Counted from the first letter of the stretch, positions 1-11,317 are shown. The stretch: DNA of 53,049 nucleotides from a virus (IMGVR_UViG_3300042197_000954:1-53049), one strand, 5' to 3'. The notes: generated from the sequence alone by a model not told the origin. Made by a program: numbers and translations.

Positions 1-198
1 GTTTTCAAATTGAATTAAATATTCTTCCGCTATTTTAAAATTATCAAAAGATGTTAGATATGTTTTGTTATTCTGTCTTAATAAATAACATCTATATTCT
101 TCATTTATATAAGTATTTGTTGAATTCATAAAACTACCATCCCTACGTTCTATTTGACCTATTACATCACCAATAAATTGAAATTCCTTAATGACCAT
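1..198 (-). CDS. hypothetical protein, N-terminal part (runs off window)
   Basis: ATG at 198, open to position 1: MVIKEFQFIGDVIGQIERRDGSFMNSTNTY...; follows the epimerase gene on the same strand. Confidence 0.6.
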   Translation of the reverse strand, partial: MVIKEFQFIGDVIGQIERRDGSFMNSTNTYINEEYRCYLLRQNNKTYLTSFDNFKIAEEYLIQFEN

Positions 199-214
199 TA
201 ATGTTATATTTTAT

Positions 215-1147
215 TTAAATATTATAAAATTTTAACATTTTTTTAATCCCTTCTTTTATTGATATAAAATTATCATATTTTATATGTTTTTTTAATTCAT
301 CCAAACTTGGTTTTCTCCATTTTGTATCATTTTTCCACGCTTCTTTATAAATAATATTAAATTCTAAACCCATAATTTCATGGATAATTTTTGATAATTC
401 ACCAATTGTTATTTCTTCATCAAAACCTATATTTAAAATTTTATTATCTACATTTTTTATTAGTTGAACCATTATCTCAGTGTGATTGGTTACATAACAA
501 AAAGAACGGGTTTGATTTCCATCCCCGAATAGGTAGAATTGTTCACCTGATTTAATTCTTTCTATAAATTCAGGTATAACCTGACCATATCCGTTCGTTG
601 CCATTCTTGGTCCATAGGTATTAAATGGTCTAACTATTAGATAATTTTTTTGATTTTCTTTGGACCATAATCTAACCAAATATTCACCTATGGCTTTTGA
701 TGACGCATACGAATCCCTATCTGATAATGAATCTAAAATAATATATTCCGTCTCTTTTGTTGGGACTTTGGGTTCAGGTCCATATACTTCAGAAGATGAC
801 GCATAAACAATTTTCTTAACCGATTGACCGCAGGAATCTAAAACATTTTGAGTTAAAAGAATGTTATCATTACAAACCTTGTATGGGATATCATAAAAAT
901 ATTTTGTTCCATTAATTGCAGCATAATGAACAACAATTTCGGGATTTTCAATATCCATCATAGTTCTTGTCTGATTTAAATCCCTTAAGTCCAATTCATG
1001 AAATCTAAAATTATCATGATTAGGTAAATTTGATTTTTTACCTCTAAAGAAATTATCGGCTCCAACAACTTGATACCCATTTAATAAGAGTGAATCACAT
1101 AAATGTGACCCTAAAAATCCTGCCGCTCCCGTGACTAATACCTTCAC
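215..1147 (-). CDS. NAD-dependent epimerase/dehydratase (UDP-glucuronate decarboxylase-like)
   Basis: TGAAGFLG Rossmann motif, ASSSEVYG, YxxxK (YASSK), FNTYGPRM, GDGNQTRSFCYV. Confidence 0.9.
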   Translation of the reverse strand: MKVLVTGAAGFLGSHLCDSLLLNGYQVVGADNFFRGKKSNLPNHDNFRFHELDLRDLNQTRTMMDIENPEIVVHYAAINGTKYFYDIPYKVCNDNILLTQNVLDSCGQSVKKIVYASSSEVYGPEPKVPTKETEYIILDSLSDRDSYASSKAIGEYLVRLWSKENQKNYLIVRPFNTYGPRMATNGYGQVIPEFIERIKSGEQFYLFGDGNQTRSFCYVTNHTEIMVQLIKNVDNKILNIGFDEEITIGELSKIIHEIMGLEFNIIYKEAWKNDTKWRKPSLDELKKHIKYDNFISIKEGIKKMLKFYNI

Positions 1148-1148
1148 T

Positions 1149-1946
1149 TTATTTTCTCATCCCTTTTGGGACTTTTTTTATAAATTTATCATTTTCCTCA
1201 TCAATGAATTTGAAAATGTCGACATCAATATTATATTTTTTACACAAGACTTTCATTGCTTTAGTATCTTTAGGTAAACATACACCAGCATAACCACCAA
1301 ATTCATCATTAACATTTAAGTAATGACTTTCACCTACACCATGGAATAAAAATGCGTCTTTAATTGCCCCGTAATTGGCTCCAAAGTGTTGGCAAACTTT
1401 ATGAAATGAATTTGCGAATGTAATTTTTGTTGCTTTATATGTATTTGAAAAATACTTCATTAGTTCGGCTTCAACAATTTTCATTTTCATTTTGTGAACA
1501 GGTAAATTACCATGACTTTGAACAATTAAATTGTAATCATGGTCACTTTCAGTACCAACTACAAGTATGTTGTTGTTAAATACAAAATCATTAAATGCAC
1601 ATCTTTCTTTTAAAAATTCAGGTACAAAAACAAACCTACGGTTTGGATAAACATTTTTTAATTTATCAGTAGTACCTGGTTCTACTGTACTTTTTATTGC
1701 AATCAAACCGTTGTAGTTTAATTCATTTAGTTGACTTACTACACTATGTACCGCGGATAAGTCACATTCTTCATTTAAACCGATTAGTGTACTAACCGTT
1801 AAGTAAACGATTTCACAACCTAAAACATCTTCTATTTTTGTCTCAGACATTTTTATATCATAAATAGAGACTTCGTGTCCAATGTATTCAAACCCTTCTT
1901 TAATCGCTTGACCTACAACACCAATACCAATGACTCCAATTTTCAT
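1149..1946 (-). CDS. UDP-glucose/GDP-mannose dehydrogenase family protein (short, lacks C-terminal domain)
   Basis: GxGxxG, IKSTVEPGTT, PEFLKE, AELMKYFSN, GYAGVCLPKD; start placed at MKIGVIG. Confidence 0.88.
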   Translation of the reverse strand: MKIGVIGIGVVGQAIKEGFEYIGHEVSIYDIKMSETKIEDVLGCEIVYLTVSTLIGLNEECDLSAVHSVVSQLNELNYNGLIAIKSTVEPGTTDKLKNVYPNRRFVFVPEFLKERCAFNDFVFNNNILVVGTESDHDYNLIVQSHGNLPVHKMKMKIVEAELMKYFSNTYKATKITFANSFHKVCQHFGANYGAIKDAFLFHGVGESHYLNVNDEFGGYAGVCLPKDTKAMKVLCKKYNIDVDIFKFIDEENDKFIKKVPKGMRK

Positions 1947-1956
1947 AAAACACTTT

Positions 1957-2652
1957 TTATTTTTTTTCAATTATTGCAACACCCCATTTACCATATGGTG
2001 GAAACGAGGATTCTTTATTTGAATAATGTATTTCTATATTTAAAATGTTATTTTGTAGATATAAATTTTCATCATCTGTTACAAAATTTGATTTCAAAAT
2101 ACCTTTATCTTTAAAATCAATAATAGTATTATATGTTTCTATATTATTAGGGACGTTTAAAATTACCTCACTTTCAGGAATAGTAATATCTTCAATAATA
2201 TAATAACCACCCGATTTTAAATGTGGAAATAAATGTGCAAATGAAATCATTTGATGGTTTGGTTGGTGGGAACCATCATCCACTATTATATCAAAATCTT
2301 CGCCACCAAATAAGTTGTACATTGATGTTAAAAATAATCTATCTCCTTGGTCCCCTTGTTGAAAAAAAACCCTATTTGTTTGTGTTAACTCTTTTACAAT
2401 TTCATCAGTTAATTTTCTATTAATATCGTCAATGCAGTGTATTTTACTATTTATAAAATACTCATACCACATAGCGATAGATTGCCCACTCGCAACACCA
2501 ATTTCTAATAATCTAATTTCATTATTTTGTACATTTTTAAACAGATTTTCATAAACAACAGAATAACCATGATAACCGGGTGCACCTATTGCTTTATCTG
2601 TTCCCCATTTGTATGCCAAATCGTATAATGTTTTTAAATTTTCTTGACTCAT
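1957..2652 (-). CDS. class I SAM-dependent O-methyltransferase
   Basis: GTDK, LLEIGVASGQS, FDIIVDDGSH, LKSGGYYIIED. Confidence 0.85.
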   Translation of the reverse strand: MSQENLKTLYDLAYKWGTDKAIGAPGYHGYSVVYENLFKNVQNNEIRLLEIGVASGQSIAMWYEYFINSKIHCIDDINRKLTDEIVKELTQTNRVFFQQGDQGDRLFLTSMYNLFGGEDFDIIVDDGSHQPNHQMISFAHLFPHLKSGGYYIIEDITIPESEVILNVPNNIETYNTIIDFKDKGILKSNFVTDDENLYLQNNILNIEIHYSNKESSFPPYGKWGVAIIEKK

Positions 2653-2657
2653 TTTTA

Positions 2658-5063
2658 TTAATTTTCTCTTCTATCGTTGGGTTGATAGTGTTTAATTCTA
2701 TCGTGCCAAATCGGTGATGCCAATAACACCGACGGTTTTAGTTTATTTTCTTTTGTCAATTGATACATATACGACATCCAAGTTTGTTCAAATGGGTGTG
2801 CCCAAGTTGTTTCAATAAACATTTTATAATTACCTTCTTTACTTACAATCATCGGCCAATTTGCGTAATAAATTTCACCATCAATGTAAGATAACCCATC
2901 CATACTTCTAATATTTTTGAAATTAGTTAGGGGCACATTTGGGTCTAAACCTGTTACAGGTAGTTTATCATAATGAGGCCAATCTCTTGTTCTAATATTT
3001 TGTGGTACATTGTACCAAGAACATTGTTTATCGTTATCGAAATATACTTCAGTGAATGATAGTTTAAGAAAATCAAATTGTTCTTTTAACATGATTCTGT
3101 GCACCAAATTATAAAGGTTTGGAATGTATTTTCTAAAACCATTTCTACAAAATTGTCCTTCTAATTCGGGTGGATTGACCGTCATATCATCTTCAAAGAA
3201 AAACATGAAGTCAGCATCTGAATTATGAAAATGTTCTGCAGCTGATTGTCTACCACCACATATACCCGTATTACCCTCTAAACTAATGTATTCAAAATTA
3301 TACTCTTCGGCAATTTTTCTATTTTCACTTCTAACCTCTTCAGTTGTTGAATTATCTAATAAAACTAAATGAGGTTTAGTTAACCACTCTGATGTCTTTT
3401 TCATTGACTCTATGGTATGCAATACTTGTTCAGGAAAATTAAAAGTTAAAATGTATAAATTTGTTTTAACTTTCTCAACGTCTCTATCTGTATATTTAAT
3501 AAAATTTTTAGAAATCGATGGTAGTTTTGTTTCGATAATTTTAATATTATTATCTATTATCGCTTGTGTGAATTTCACAATCAATCCATTACCGTCTAAT
3601 TCAAATCTTTTGTAAATGTGAGGTTCTAAATAGGACATTAAAGTAAATATACTTTCTTCCGTACCCATATATCCCGTATTTAGTGTGTTCGTTAATAATG
3701 AGTAGTATGTTGCATTCGCTTCGTTTATTTGTTGTTTATGTCCACCAAATAAACCACCTCTACACACATATTCGACTTTGGTTCCCGCGATTTTATTCAT
3801 TTCACTAAACGTAAATCCATGGATTTCAGTATTAGCCTCATACGGATAACTTAAGAATAAAAATGGGTTACCGATTTCTGTTAATTTATCTAATACTTTA
3901 TTTCCAACAAAATGACCATGCGGTACGGTATTAGTAATACCAGCATCTAACCAAAAGAAATATTCAGTGTTAAAAGGATTCCAAATCGTCGCACTATGTA
4001 ATAAAAACATTTTTGATTGTACTATCGGATTATAATATTCTAAAACCGCTTGCGGTGACCCTGACAACCAACCAGCTTGGTCTAACCAATCAGGGTTAGT
4101 TCTTATATTTTGAGTTTTATCCCAATGTGGTTTATATATATCATTTTTTATGTCATCTAATTCATAAAGTTTAACAAATGTGTTTTCTTTAGAACGTTTT
4201 TCCCAAACCAAATATTCATATTCTTTAGAAATATAAATAAACATGTTAACAGGTATATCTAAAAAATTTTTAAAATGTTCTATATAATGGTTAAAATCTC
4301 TACCAGGACGATTTATGTTCCATAATCCTGTTACTATTGTTAAATCTTTATTGATTACCTCTATAGTTGGTTTTGATAAATAATTAAATAATTTAGTTTT
4401 TTCTTCTTGAGATAAAGATTGTATTTGATTTTTTAATAATATGATATTATCAATATCATTAATATCACTAATAATGTAATCATTAAAATTAGAGTTAATA
4501 AAACTTTGATATGTTTCTGGTATCGAAAATTGTTGTGTTTCAAGAAAAATAGTGTTATTATCTCCTTTAACAAATAAACCATAATCAAATCTTAAACAAA
4601 ATGGTTTATATCCCTCAAAACGTTCAAAAAAATTAATAAATGTTAAATCATCCTGTAAATGAATTTCATATTCATTTTCAAAGTGTATTCCTTGAGGAGA
4701 ATTAAATGGGACACCTATAATAACATCGCTACGATTAATTTTATTTAACAACAATTTAGCATCTTCTAAGGATATATGTTCTATAACATCACCAAAAATA
4801 ATCAAATCATATTCATCGAAATCAATGTCTAATTTAGTTATGTCACCAATTATCACTTTTTTATATTTTTCAGTTAAGTTATAATCTTTAACGTAATTAG
4901 AAAAAACTTCAACACAATCTAAGTTATTGTACCCTTCATTATGTAACATATCATAATATGCACCTGCACCCGCACCTACATCTAAAATTTTAATAGACTT
5001 ATCGTATTTATTTAATATGTAATCTTTGGTTTGTTGTTTAAAATATCCTGTACTAAATGGCAT
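2658..5063 (-). CDS. multidomain methyltransferase + HtrL/WlaTC-like glycosyltransferase + GT-A glycosyltransferase
   Basis: N-terminal ILDVGAGAG/GDVIEH; central TIVTGLWNI...SKMFLL...FFWLDAG...GGLFGG; C-terminal LLDNS...FFEDD. Confidence 0.75.
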   Translation of the reverse strand: MPFSTGYFKQQTKDYILNKYDKSIKILDVGAGAGAYYDMLHNEGYNNLDCVEVFSNYVKDYNLTEKYKKVIIGDITKLDIDFDEYDLIIFGDVIEHISLEDAKLLLNKINRSDVIIGVPFNSPQGIHFENEYEIHLQDDLTFINFFERFEGYKPFCLRFDYGLFVKGDNNTIFLETQQFSIPETYQSFINSNFNDYIISDINDIDNIILLKNQIQSLSQEEKTKLFNYLSKPTIEVINKDLTIVTGLWNINRPGRDFNHYIEHFKNFLDIPVNMFIYISKEYEYLVWEKRSKENTFVKLYELDDIKNDIYKPHWDKTQNIRTNPDWLDQAGWLSGSPQAVLEYYNPIVQSKMFLLHSATIWNPFNTEYFFWLDAGITNTVPHGHFVGNKVLDKLTEIGNPFLFLSYPYEANTEIHGFTFSEMNKIAGTKVEYVCRGGLFGGHKQQINEANATYYSLLTNTLNTGYMGTEESIFTLMSYLEPHIYKRFELDGNGLIVKFTQAIIDNNIKIIETKLPSISKNFIKYTDRDVEKVKTNLYILTFNFPEQVLHTIESMKKTSEWLTKPHLVLLDNSTTEEVRSENRKIAEEYNFEYISLEGNTGICGGRQSAAEHFHNSDADFMFFFEDDMTVNPPELEGQFCRNGFRKYIPNLYNLVHRIMLKEQFDFLKLSFTEVYFDNDKQCSWYNVPQNIRTRDWPHYDKLPVTGLDPNVPLTNFKNIRSMDGLSYIDGEIYYANWPMIVSKEGNYKMFIETTWAHPFEQTWMSYMYQLTKENKLKPSVLLASPIWHDRIKHYQPNDRREN

Positions 5064-5138
5064 AATTTTAATTTTTTTTATAATTATTCTATCGTGATTT
5101 TCATTATAATTTATTAATTTAATTAAATTAATAAATGA

Positions 5139-5984
5139 TTACATCCAACCCATATTAATAAATTTCATATGGTTGTCATCAATATTTTTGTTTCGATGTA
5201 TATTACAACCTTCAATACCCTCATGTGTTGTATGTGAAATAACGGGGAATGTTAAAACCCCACCTTTTTCTCTCCATTGTTCGATAGTAATAAGAGGTTC
5301 TTCATTACTATAGAATCTAACTAATTTTTTAAACCCATGTTTACCCATATATGCAGAAAAAGATACATCGTCATTCCATGAAGCATCCATAAATTCTTCA
5401 TATAAATCATCTTTGAAAAAATATCTTTGATATGAGATTGTTTTATAGTGCTGTAAAAATTTAACATAAACATCTTTATAAACTGAAACAACAAAAGTAT
5501 TTCTAACATCATCGAAATCAGTTGGGTCAACACATCTACTACCATCATACCCACAGGCAGTATTTATATATGTTTCTTGATTTTTAACTTGTTCCTCAAC
5601 CATTTTTGGGTGGTAAACTAAATCATCATCACATACAATTAGAATCGCGTCAGGTTCAATAACTCTTTTTAGTGTTGGTACTAGTTTGGTCATTGTACCC
5701 AAATCATCCAATCCTTCAAATATTTTAAACTTTGGATATCCATTTGATAAATCCCTCATCCATTGAGGTACAACATATATTTCATCCGTTAATTTACTTA
5801 CAGATGGAACATTTAAATGTATTTCATATTCACCATCGTAATCTTGCTCAATTAGAGATTTGATATTACTCTTTATCCCGGACTCATATTCCGCAGATAA
5901 TCTAGATGGTATTGTTGTTAATGTTACAATAACCCTTCTTTTTGGTTTCATAATTAAATTCTTAATTGTTGTTAATATTGACAT
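5139..5984 (-). CDS. GT-A fold glycosyltransferase
   Basis: VTLTTIPSR, DLGTMTKLVP, IVCDDDLVY, DDVSFS. Confidence 0.75.
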   Translation of the reverse strand: MSILTTIKNLIMKPKRRVIVTLTTIPSRLSAEYESGIKSNIKSLIEQDYDGEYEIHLNVPSVSKLTDEIYVVPQWMRDLSNGYPKFKIFEGLDDLGTMTKLVPTLKRVIEPDAILIVCDDDLVYHPKMVEEQVKNQETYINTACGYDGSRCVDPTDFDDVRNTFVVSVYKDVYVKFLQHYKTISYQRYFFKDDLYEEFMDASWNDDVSFSAYMGKHGFKKLVRFYSNEEPLITIEQWREKGGVLTFPVISHTTHEGIEGCNIHRNKNIDDNHMKFINMGWM

Positions 5985-5987
5985 AAT

Positions 5988-6836
5988 TTATTTTTGAAAA
6001 TATATTTTATGATTATTTTGTGTAAATTCGTTGTATATTTTTTGGTCCATATAACCCATATGATGTCCACATTGGACTCTAAATTCATTAAATCCCGAAT
6101 CAGGAAAAGACAAAGGTTGAACAATTGGGAAAGAGTGAGAACCCCTACCGTTACTATTAACCGCTCTCCAATCTCTTTCATTTTCCCATGTTGCACATAT
6201 ATATGGTATTTCTTTTAATCTAAAATAATAACCTGTTAATACATCATCATTTGTCGCCATAGATAAAAATGATTCATCCATAAAGTCCTCACCAAAATAA
6301 TTTCTTTTATATGACACCGAATGCCAATGTCCCGGTTGAATAACTTGACCATCATATTTTATTGGAAAATAAAAATGTGTTGGACTTAAAGTATATTTTG
6401 TTTCACCATCTTCTACCCATTCTCTTTTTTCAATACAATTGTCACCCCTGAAACAAATCATGGAGTTGGGATATTGAGACATTTTTTTTAAATGATACTC
6501 TAACATGTCTTCGTGATAAATGTGGTCGTCGTCACAAACAATCATAACATCATCAGGATTTGTTATGTATAATAGTGCTCCTGTAATTTTAACCACAGGA
6601 CCGTAGTCTTTTTCGACCCTATTAATTATTAATTTAGGGTTTTGGTTTACAAATTCAATTAAATCATTTGAAATGATATAATCTTCATCATTGTTATTTT
6701 TGTACTTATATGGAATATTTAATAAAACCTTATATTCTTTATCCGTTTTTTGATTTAGTAAGGATGTTAGATTTAATTTAAATGTTTCCCATAAATTAAT
6801 CCGCTTTGGTACTGTTGTTAGTGAAATGTAAATCAT
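5988..6836 (-). CDS. GT-A fold glycosyltransferase (paralog of 5139-5984)
   Basis: ISLTTVPKR, DYGPVVKI, IVCDDDHIY, NDDVLTG. Confidence 0.75.
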   Translation of the reverse strand: MIYISLTTVPKRINLWETFKLNLTSLLNQKTDKEYKVLLNIPYKYKNNNDEDYIISNDLIEFVNQNPKLIINRVEKDYGPVVKITGALLYITNPDDVMIVCDDDHIYHEDMLEYHLKKMSQYPNSMICFRGDNCIEKREWVEDGETKYTLSPTHFYFPIKYDGQVIQPGHWHSVSYKRNYFGEDFMDESFLSMATNDDVLTGYYFRLKEIPYICATWENERDWRAVNSNGRGSHSFPIVQPLSFPDSGFNEFRVQCGHHMGYMDQKIYNEFTQNNHKIYFQK

Positions 6837-6837
6837 T

Positions 6838-7623
6838 TTATAGTTTGTTTATTAATTTTATAAAAGATAATGAATGTTCTGGTTTATTTAAATCGTTTTT
6901 TCTATCAAATTCGGGATTCGGGTAATCATTCATATCCAATTCAATTTTTTCTGCTATTTTGAATAGATTAAATAACTTACTATAAACTGACTGATTAGTA
7001 GAAACTAACGATTTATTAATAAATGTCATTTCAATAATATGAGGTAATGTTATTTCAATATTATACTCACTATATGATGAAGACCCACCATAATTATTAC
7101 AATGTATATGACAATGGTAAAAATAATCGTTAATTTTTTTGAGTGAGTCAAAATAATCTTGCAATAATCTTGGATTTGCCACAGGATGAAATTCTACAAC
7201 AATTCCTACCACAATTTCAGATAATCTTTTCATGTCACAATTTAAAAAGAACGGGAATTCCGCACCTTCAATATCCATTTTTAAAAAAACTTTTTCTTTA
7301 ATTCCACTTTGTTCGTAATGGGTGAAAAATGTATCCAAATCAGTTTCTTTTTGGTAGGATAAACCTTCTTTTTTAAACATCATAAGGTTTTGTAAATCAT
7401 GAGGTATACCCGCACCTTCTACTGTGTGGTCATATGAAAACGAAGGTTTATTTGTTTTTCTAACGTAATCAATTTCAAATGAAATATCTGAACCAACTCC
7501 ATAAGAAAATAAAGCGGCACTTGAATCCAAGATTAATTGAGGTACAACATACCCACCGTCCCATTCGTTACCTAATCTAACTTTAGGTGATTTTACGTCA
7601 TACAATTTTAATTGTTCTATCAT
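6838..7623 (-). CDS. FkbM-like methyltransferase
   Basis: RLGNEWDGGY, SYGVGSDISFE, LKMDIEGAE, VEFH. Confidence 0.8.
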   Translation of the reverse strand: MIEQLKLYDVKSPKVRLGNEWDGGYVVPQLILDSSAALFSYGVGSDISFEIDYVRKTNKPSFSYDHTVEGAGIPHDLQNLMMFKKEGLSYQKETDLDTFFTHYEQSGIKEKVFLKMDIEGAEFPFFLNCDMKRLSEIVVGIVVEFHPVANPRLLQDYFDSLKKINDYFYHCHIHCNNYGGSSSYSEYNIEITLPHIIEMTFINKSLVSTNQSVYSKLFNLFKIAEKIELDMNDYPNPEFDRKNDLNKPEHSLSFIKLINKL

Positions 7624-7641
7624 TTTATTTTTATTTTTAAA

Positions 7642-9303
7642 TTATAATAATCCCATTTTTTCAAAAAAATCAAACAGTTTACCTCTGTCATAAATATGAA
7701 CTTCACCATCTGATAATTCTTTAATCATATAACCCTCACTATCACAATATAAGGAATGTACATCAATATATGAATAGTTATTTTCTTCACATTTATTTTT
7801 TATTAAATTATTCATTTTTTCAACATAACGTAATCTATCAGTATCAAGACCAATTACGGGATATTGTTCTTGAAATCTACTATAATCATAATCACCAGTA
7901 TGGTATTTAATTGCGGGAACTACACTCATTACCGCAAATTCATTGTAATTTGAATTTTTAATTGATATAAAATAATTCGTAACTAATGTAGATATAACCT
8001 CATCTTCGTCTCTACCGTGTAAATTAATCTGATTCCAAATATGACAACGACAATCTATTTCACCAAACGCTAACACCCACAACCCCTCTCTAGAAAGCTC
8101 GTTTCTTGGAATGTAATAATTATCAAAATTTTCTTCTAAGCCAACTTTACCGACTCGATACATTGTTACCGGCCCCACATTTAATGTCCTAATCTTTGGG
8201 TGACCGATGTGAAACGTATTTGCATGCGAATCACCAATTACCCATATTTTTTCATATCTTTTTTGTGAAATTTTTTTATGTAAAATGTTTTCAATGGTGG
8301 TTGTATATACATGGGTGTCGGTGATTTCTAAAATTGGCACGTGTAAATTGTAATATTCGGTTAATGGTTTTTTATTTTTCTTTATAAAATCGGATATAGT
8401 TTTAATGTCATCATAAACAAAGTCATGATTAACCCATCTTTTACCTATATAAAAAGTGTCTTCTGGTCTTGTTAAATGTCTACCAATATTAACACCAAAA
8501 TCACTAAAAAAAATATATTTTGAAGCATCATGAAATTCATATCCAATATTTTTAAAGTATTGCATGATAAAAGGACAAATCCAACTAGTGTCTAAAATTT
8601 GTATAGTACTATTAACATAAAAATTGTATTTTTCAGATGTAAATAATTTTTCAATTGTTTGATTCCATATCTCAAAAAATAATTTCATGTCTTGGATATT
8701 TTTAAAATGAAAACCCCTAAAAAACCCGTCGCCAGCCCCCATTTTAAAATCGTTTGTTGGAAAATCAATTTGTTTAAAATTTGGAATAACAAGTTCATTA
8801 AAAAACTTAACAAATCCATCCCTATTGGGATGGTCGCCCTGAAAGGCTGTGTGTAAAACACCGGAGGGGACTCTATTGAAAAATTTTTCAATTAACGATT
8901 CATCATTATAAAACATAAAATCAGAATCAATAAGAACAAAGTTAAGTATGTTGTTTTCAATTAAATATGGAAATATAAATCTTTGAATATCAAAAGGATA
9001 AAATAATTTTTTATCTCTATTATAAAATTTAAAATTAATTAAACTATCAAAATATTCTTCTTCATTATCTACATTTAGTAATAATTCGTGTTTTAAACTT
9101 ATTGGATAATTTTTTCTAATTTCATCCATTGAAACAAAATTAAAATCTTTATCGTATCCCTTTTCTTTGTATATCTTCAAAGAAAAATCATCGGTAAATA
9201 TAATTATGTTATTTTTTATTATACTTGGCGATGCTCTTTTTATTAAATCCAATCTGTACATCATAATTGGACCTGTAATTGTTATTATAAATTTTCCACC
9301 CAT
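7642..9303 (-). CDS. putative glycosyltransferase-like N-domain fused to SGNH/GDSL hydrolase-like domain
   Basis: LIDSDF in N-half; C-half VIGDSHA, FGEIDCR, DGEVH. Confidence 0.55.
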   Translation of the reverse strand: MGGKFIITITGPIMMYRLDLIKRASPSIIKNNIIIFTDDFSLKIYKEKGYDKDFNFVSMDEIRKNYPISLKHELLLNVDNEEEYFDSLINFKFYNRDKKLFYPFDIQRFIFPYLIENNILNFVLIDSDFMFYNDESLIEKFFNRVPSGVLHTAFQGDHPNRDGFVKFFNELVIPNFKQIDFPTNDFKMGAGDGFFRGFHFKNIQDMKLFFEIWNQTIEKLFTSEKYNFYVNSTIQILDTSWICPFIMQYFKNIGYEFHDASKYIFFSDFGVNIGRHLTRPEDTFYIGKRWVNHDFVYDDIKTISDFIKKNKKPLTEYYNLHVPILEITDTHVYTTTIENILHKKISQKRYEKIWVIGDSHANTFHIGHPKIRTLNVGPVTMYRVGKVGLEENFDNYYIPRNELSREGLWVLAFGEIDCRCHIWNQINLHGRDEDEVISTLVTNYFISIKNSNYNEFAVMSVVPAIKYHTGDYDYSRFQEQYPVIGLDTDRLRYVEKMNNLIKNKCEENNYSYIDVHSLYCDSEGYMIKELSDGEVHIYDRGKLFDFFEKMGLL

Positions 9304-9312
9304 TTTAATTGA

Positions 9313-9969
9313 TTATAATTTACTGTAGTATCCACCCAAAACAAAAAATGTTTTTTCGTTTTTACTTTTTTTTATTGAATTTTTGAAATTTTCTTCCGTT
9401 GCGACTCTAAAGTCAATACTAATTCTAGTATCTTCAGTGGTATTGATTTTATTACCGTGAGTTAAATTGGTACCGTCCCACTTAACAACCTGACCATAAT
9501 TACATTCCATTGGAACAAAATCACCTTTATCTTCTTCAGTTTCATACCAAATAGTGTTAGTGTCGTATGAATTCGTAAACGGCAAATAATAATTATCTTC
9601 TTTTATTGACTTATGCCATTCCTCATCTCTCAAGTCTTTGTCTTTGTGAAACATACCGACAGATAACCCATTTGGAAAATGTAACCTAAATGTGGGTATT
9701 GATTGATAAATTAAGTTTTGACCATCATATTCTTTTTTAATTACCTCCAAAATAAACTTTTCATATAAAGGTTTAATTTGTGAGAAGTTTTTATAATAAA
9801 TTTGATGGTATTCTGATTGTTGAAATTTATGTGTGTCGATTATGGATTTTTTAGAAATTTCATCAATTTCAAATTTTTTGTGTATTTTAGATAAATCGGT
9901 ACACTCAAAAATTCTTGATATAATTTCTTTAAATTGATAAACATTACTATCGTAATTAATTTTTTTCAT
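9313..9969 (-). CDS. 2OG-Fe(II) oxygenase fold protein (StrG-like)
   Basis: YQSIPTFR, HxD (FHKD), LTHGNKIN, TRISIDFR. Confidence 0.7.
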   Translation of the reverse strand: MKKINYDSNVYQFKEIISRIFECTDLSKIHKKFEIDEISKKSIIDTHKFQQSEYHQIYYKNFSQIKPLYEKFILEVIKKEYDGQNLIYQSIPTFRLHFPNGLSVGMFHKDKDLRDEEWHKSIKEDNYYLPFTNSYDTNTIWYETEEDKGDFVPMECNYGQVVKWDGTNLTHGNKINTTEDTRISIDFRVATEENFKNSIKKSKNEKTFFVLGGYYSKL

Positions 9970-9978
9970 TTTTATTTT

Positions 9979-10548
9979 TTATTTTTTTATACCCCAAAAA
10001 TATAGGTCATAGTGTTCTTCATTTACCTCAAATTTATAATCTAAAAAAATGTCATCAACGTTGACACATTTTCTTATATCTTCTTCAGTTAGATTTTTAT
10101 AATATTCATTATCCCAATCTTCACGTATAACATTTGGCATCGTTTTCCAATTATCGTATTTTTTCTTAGATTCCTCCTCTAGTGATTTTACACCATGTAC
10201 TGGTCGTCCCGTTGTTGCACATGTAAATAAAAACAAACCACCTGATTTAAGTAATCTAACAATGTTTTGGATTGTTTCTTTATAATATGGGTTATGTTCA
10301 AAACATTCACACGATATTATCGTATCATAGGTGGAATCAGGTGCGCTATAATCTTGTGCCGGACACACAATATCAACACCCGGACCCGGTCCAATATCTA
10401 AACCACTATAATCACATTTGTCGAAAAATTCATTTTCAGTGCCACATACGTCAAAAGTACCCACACCTAAAACTTTTTTATTAATAAAAAATACTGGATA
10501 TGTACTTTTTATTTTATTTACGAAATCTACTTGTTCTTTATGGGCCAT
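9979..10548 (-). CDS. class I SAM-dependent methyltransferase
   Basis: GLDIGPGPGVD, YDTIISCECFEH, LKSGGLFLFT. Confidence 0.85.
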   Translation of the reverse strand: MAHKEQVDFVNKIKSTYPVFFINKKVLGVGTFDVCGTENEFFDKCDYSGLDIGPGPGVDIVCPAQDYSAPDSTYDTIISCECFEHNPYYKETIQNIVRLLKSGGLFLFTCATTGRPVHGVKSLEEESKKKYDNWKTMPNVIREDWDNEYYKNLTEEDIRKCVNVDDIFLDYKFEVNEEHYDLYFWGIKK

Positions 10549-10579
10549 AAGTTACTATTATAATATATACACATATCAA

Positions 10580-11317
10580 TTAAATAAATTTTGAAAAGAA
10601 ACTTGATTTTGGTTTTTCTAATTCACAATTTTTAACATACACAGTCTGTCTACCCCACAAAACCTTTACATAACCATTTTCTAATAAGTATGGTGTTAGT
10701 AACTTATCTTTACCACCAAGGTCGGTATCAAAATCAGTGTCATCAATTGAAATTAGATGAATATCTGACAGTTTATCTTTTGCAACCATGAAAGCCTCTA
10801 AATGTTTTTCCGCAAAAGAATCCGTCCCAACGTCCCAACCATCCAAAAACAATAAATCAATTTTTTTATTAAAATTTTTTAAAAACTCAATACCATCTTG
10901 TGGTATATGTATGTGTAAATTACTCGGAATTGGTTCTTTAATATGATGTTCATAAGAGCTTTCTATTTGTTGTTTACACGTTGGGTCAATATCGACAGTA
11001 TAGACTTCAAAACCTTCTCTAACCCAGTAATAAGTTGAATGACCATCTTGACAACAAGGTGGAGCATCTTTACTTTCTAATTTCATCGAATTGTTATGGT
11101 AAGAAATACAATTTTGAGTTAATTCTCGTCTTGTTGAACCAATTTCAACAACAACGTTTCCACCTATTATTTTTAACAATTCAACGGTTTTTGTTATCCA
11201 CGGTGCGGGATAATTTCTAATAGAATTTTCCTCGTGTGTTAAACTATTGTGGTTCCAATAGTAGGTTGTTTTTTTAAAATTATCACACGCTTTTAATACT
11301 TCAATAAATTTATTCAT
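10580..11317 (-). CDS. class I SAM-dependent methyltransferase-like protein
   Basis: VVEIGS, VYTVDID, IDLLFLDG, IDD. Confidence 0.7.
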   Translation of the reverse strand: MNKFIEVLKACDNFKKTTYYWNHNSLTHEENSIRNYPAPWITKTVELLKIIGGNVVVEIGSTRRELTQNCISYHNNSMKLESKDAPPCCQDGHSTYYWVREGFEVYTVDIDPTCKQQIESSYEHHIKEPIPSNLHIHIPQDGIEFLKNFNKKIDLLFLDGWDVGTDSFAEKHLEAFMVAKDKLSDIHLISIDDTDFDTDLGGKDKLLTPYLLENGYVKVLWGRQTVYVKNCELEKPKSSFFSKFI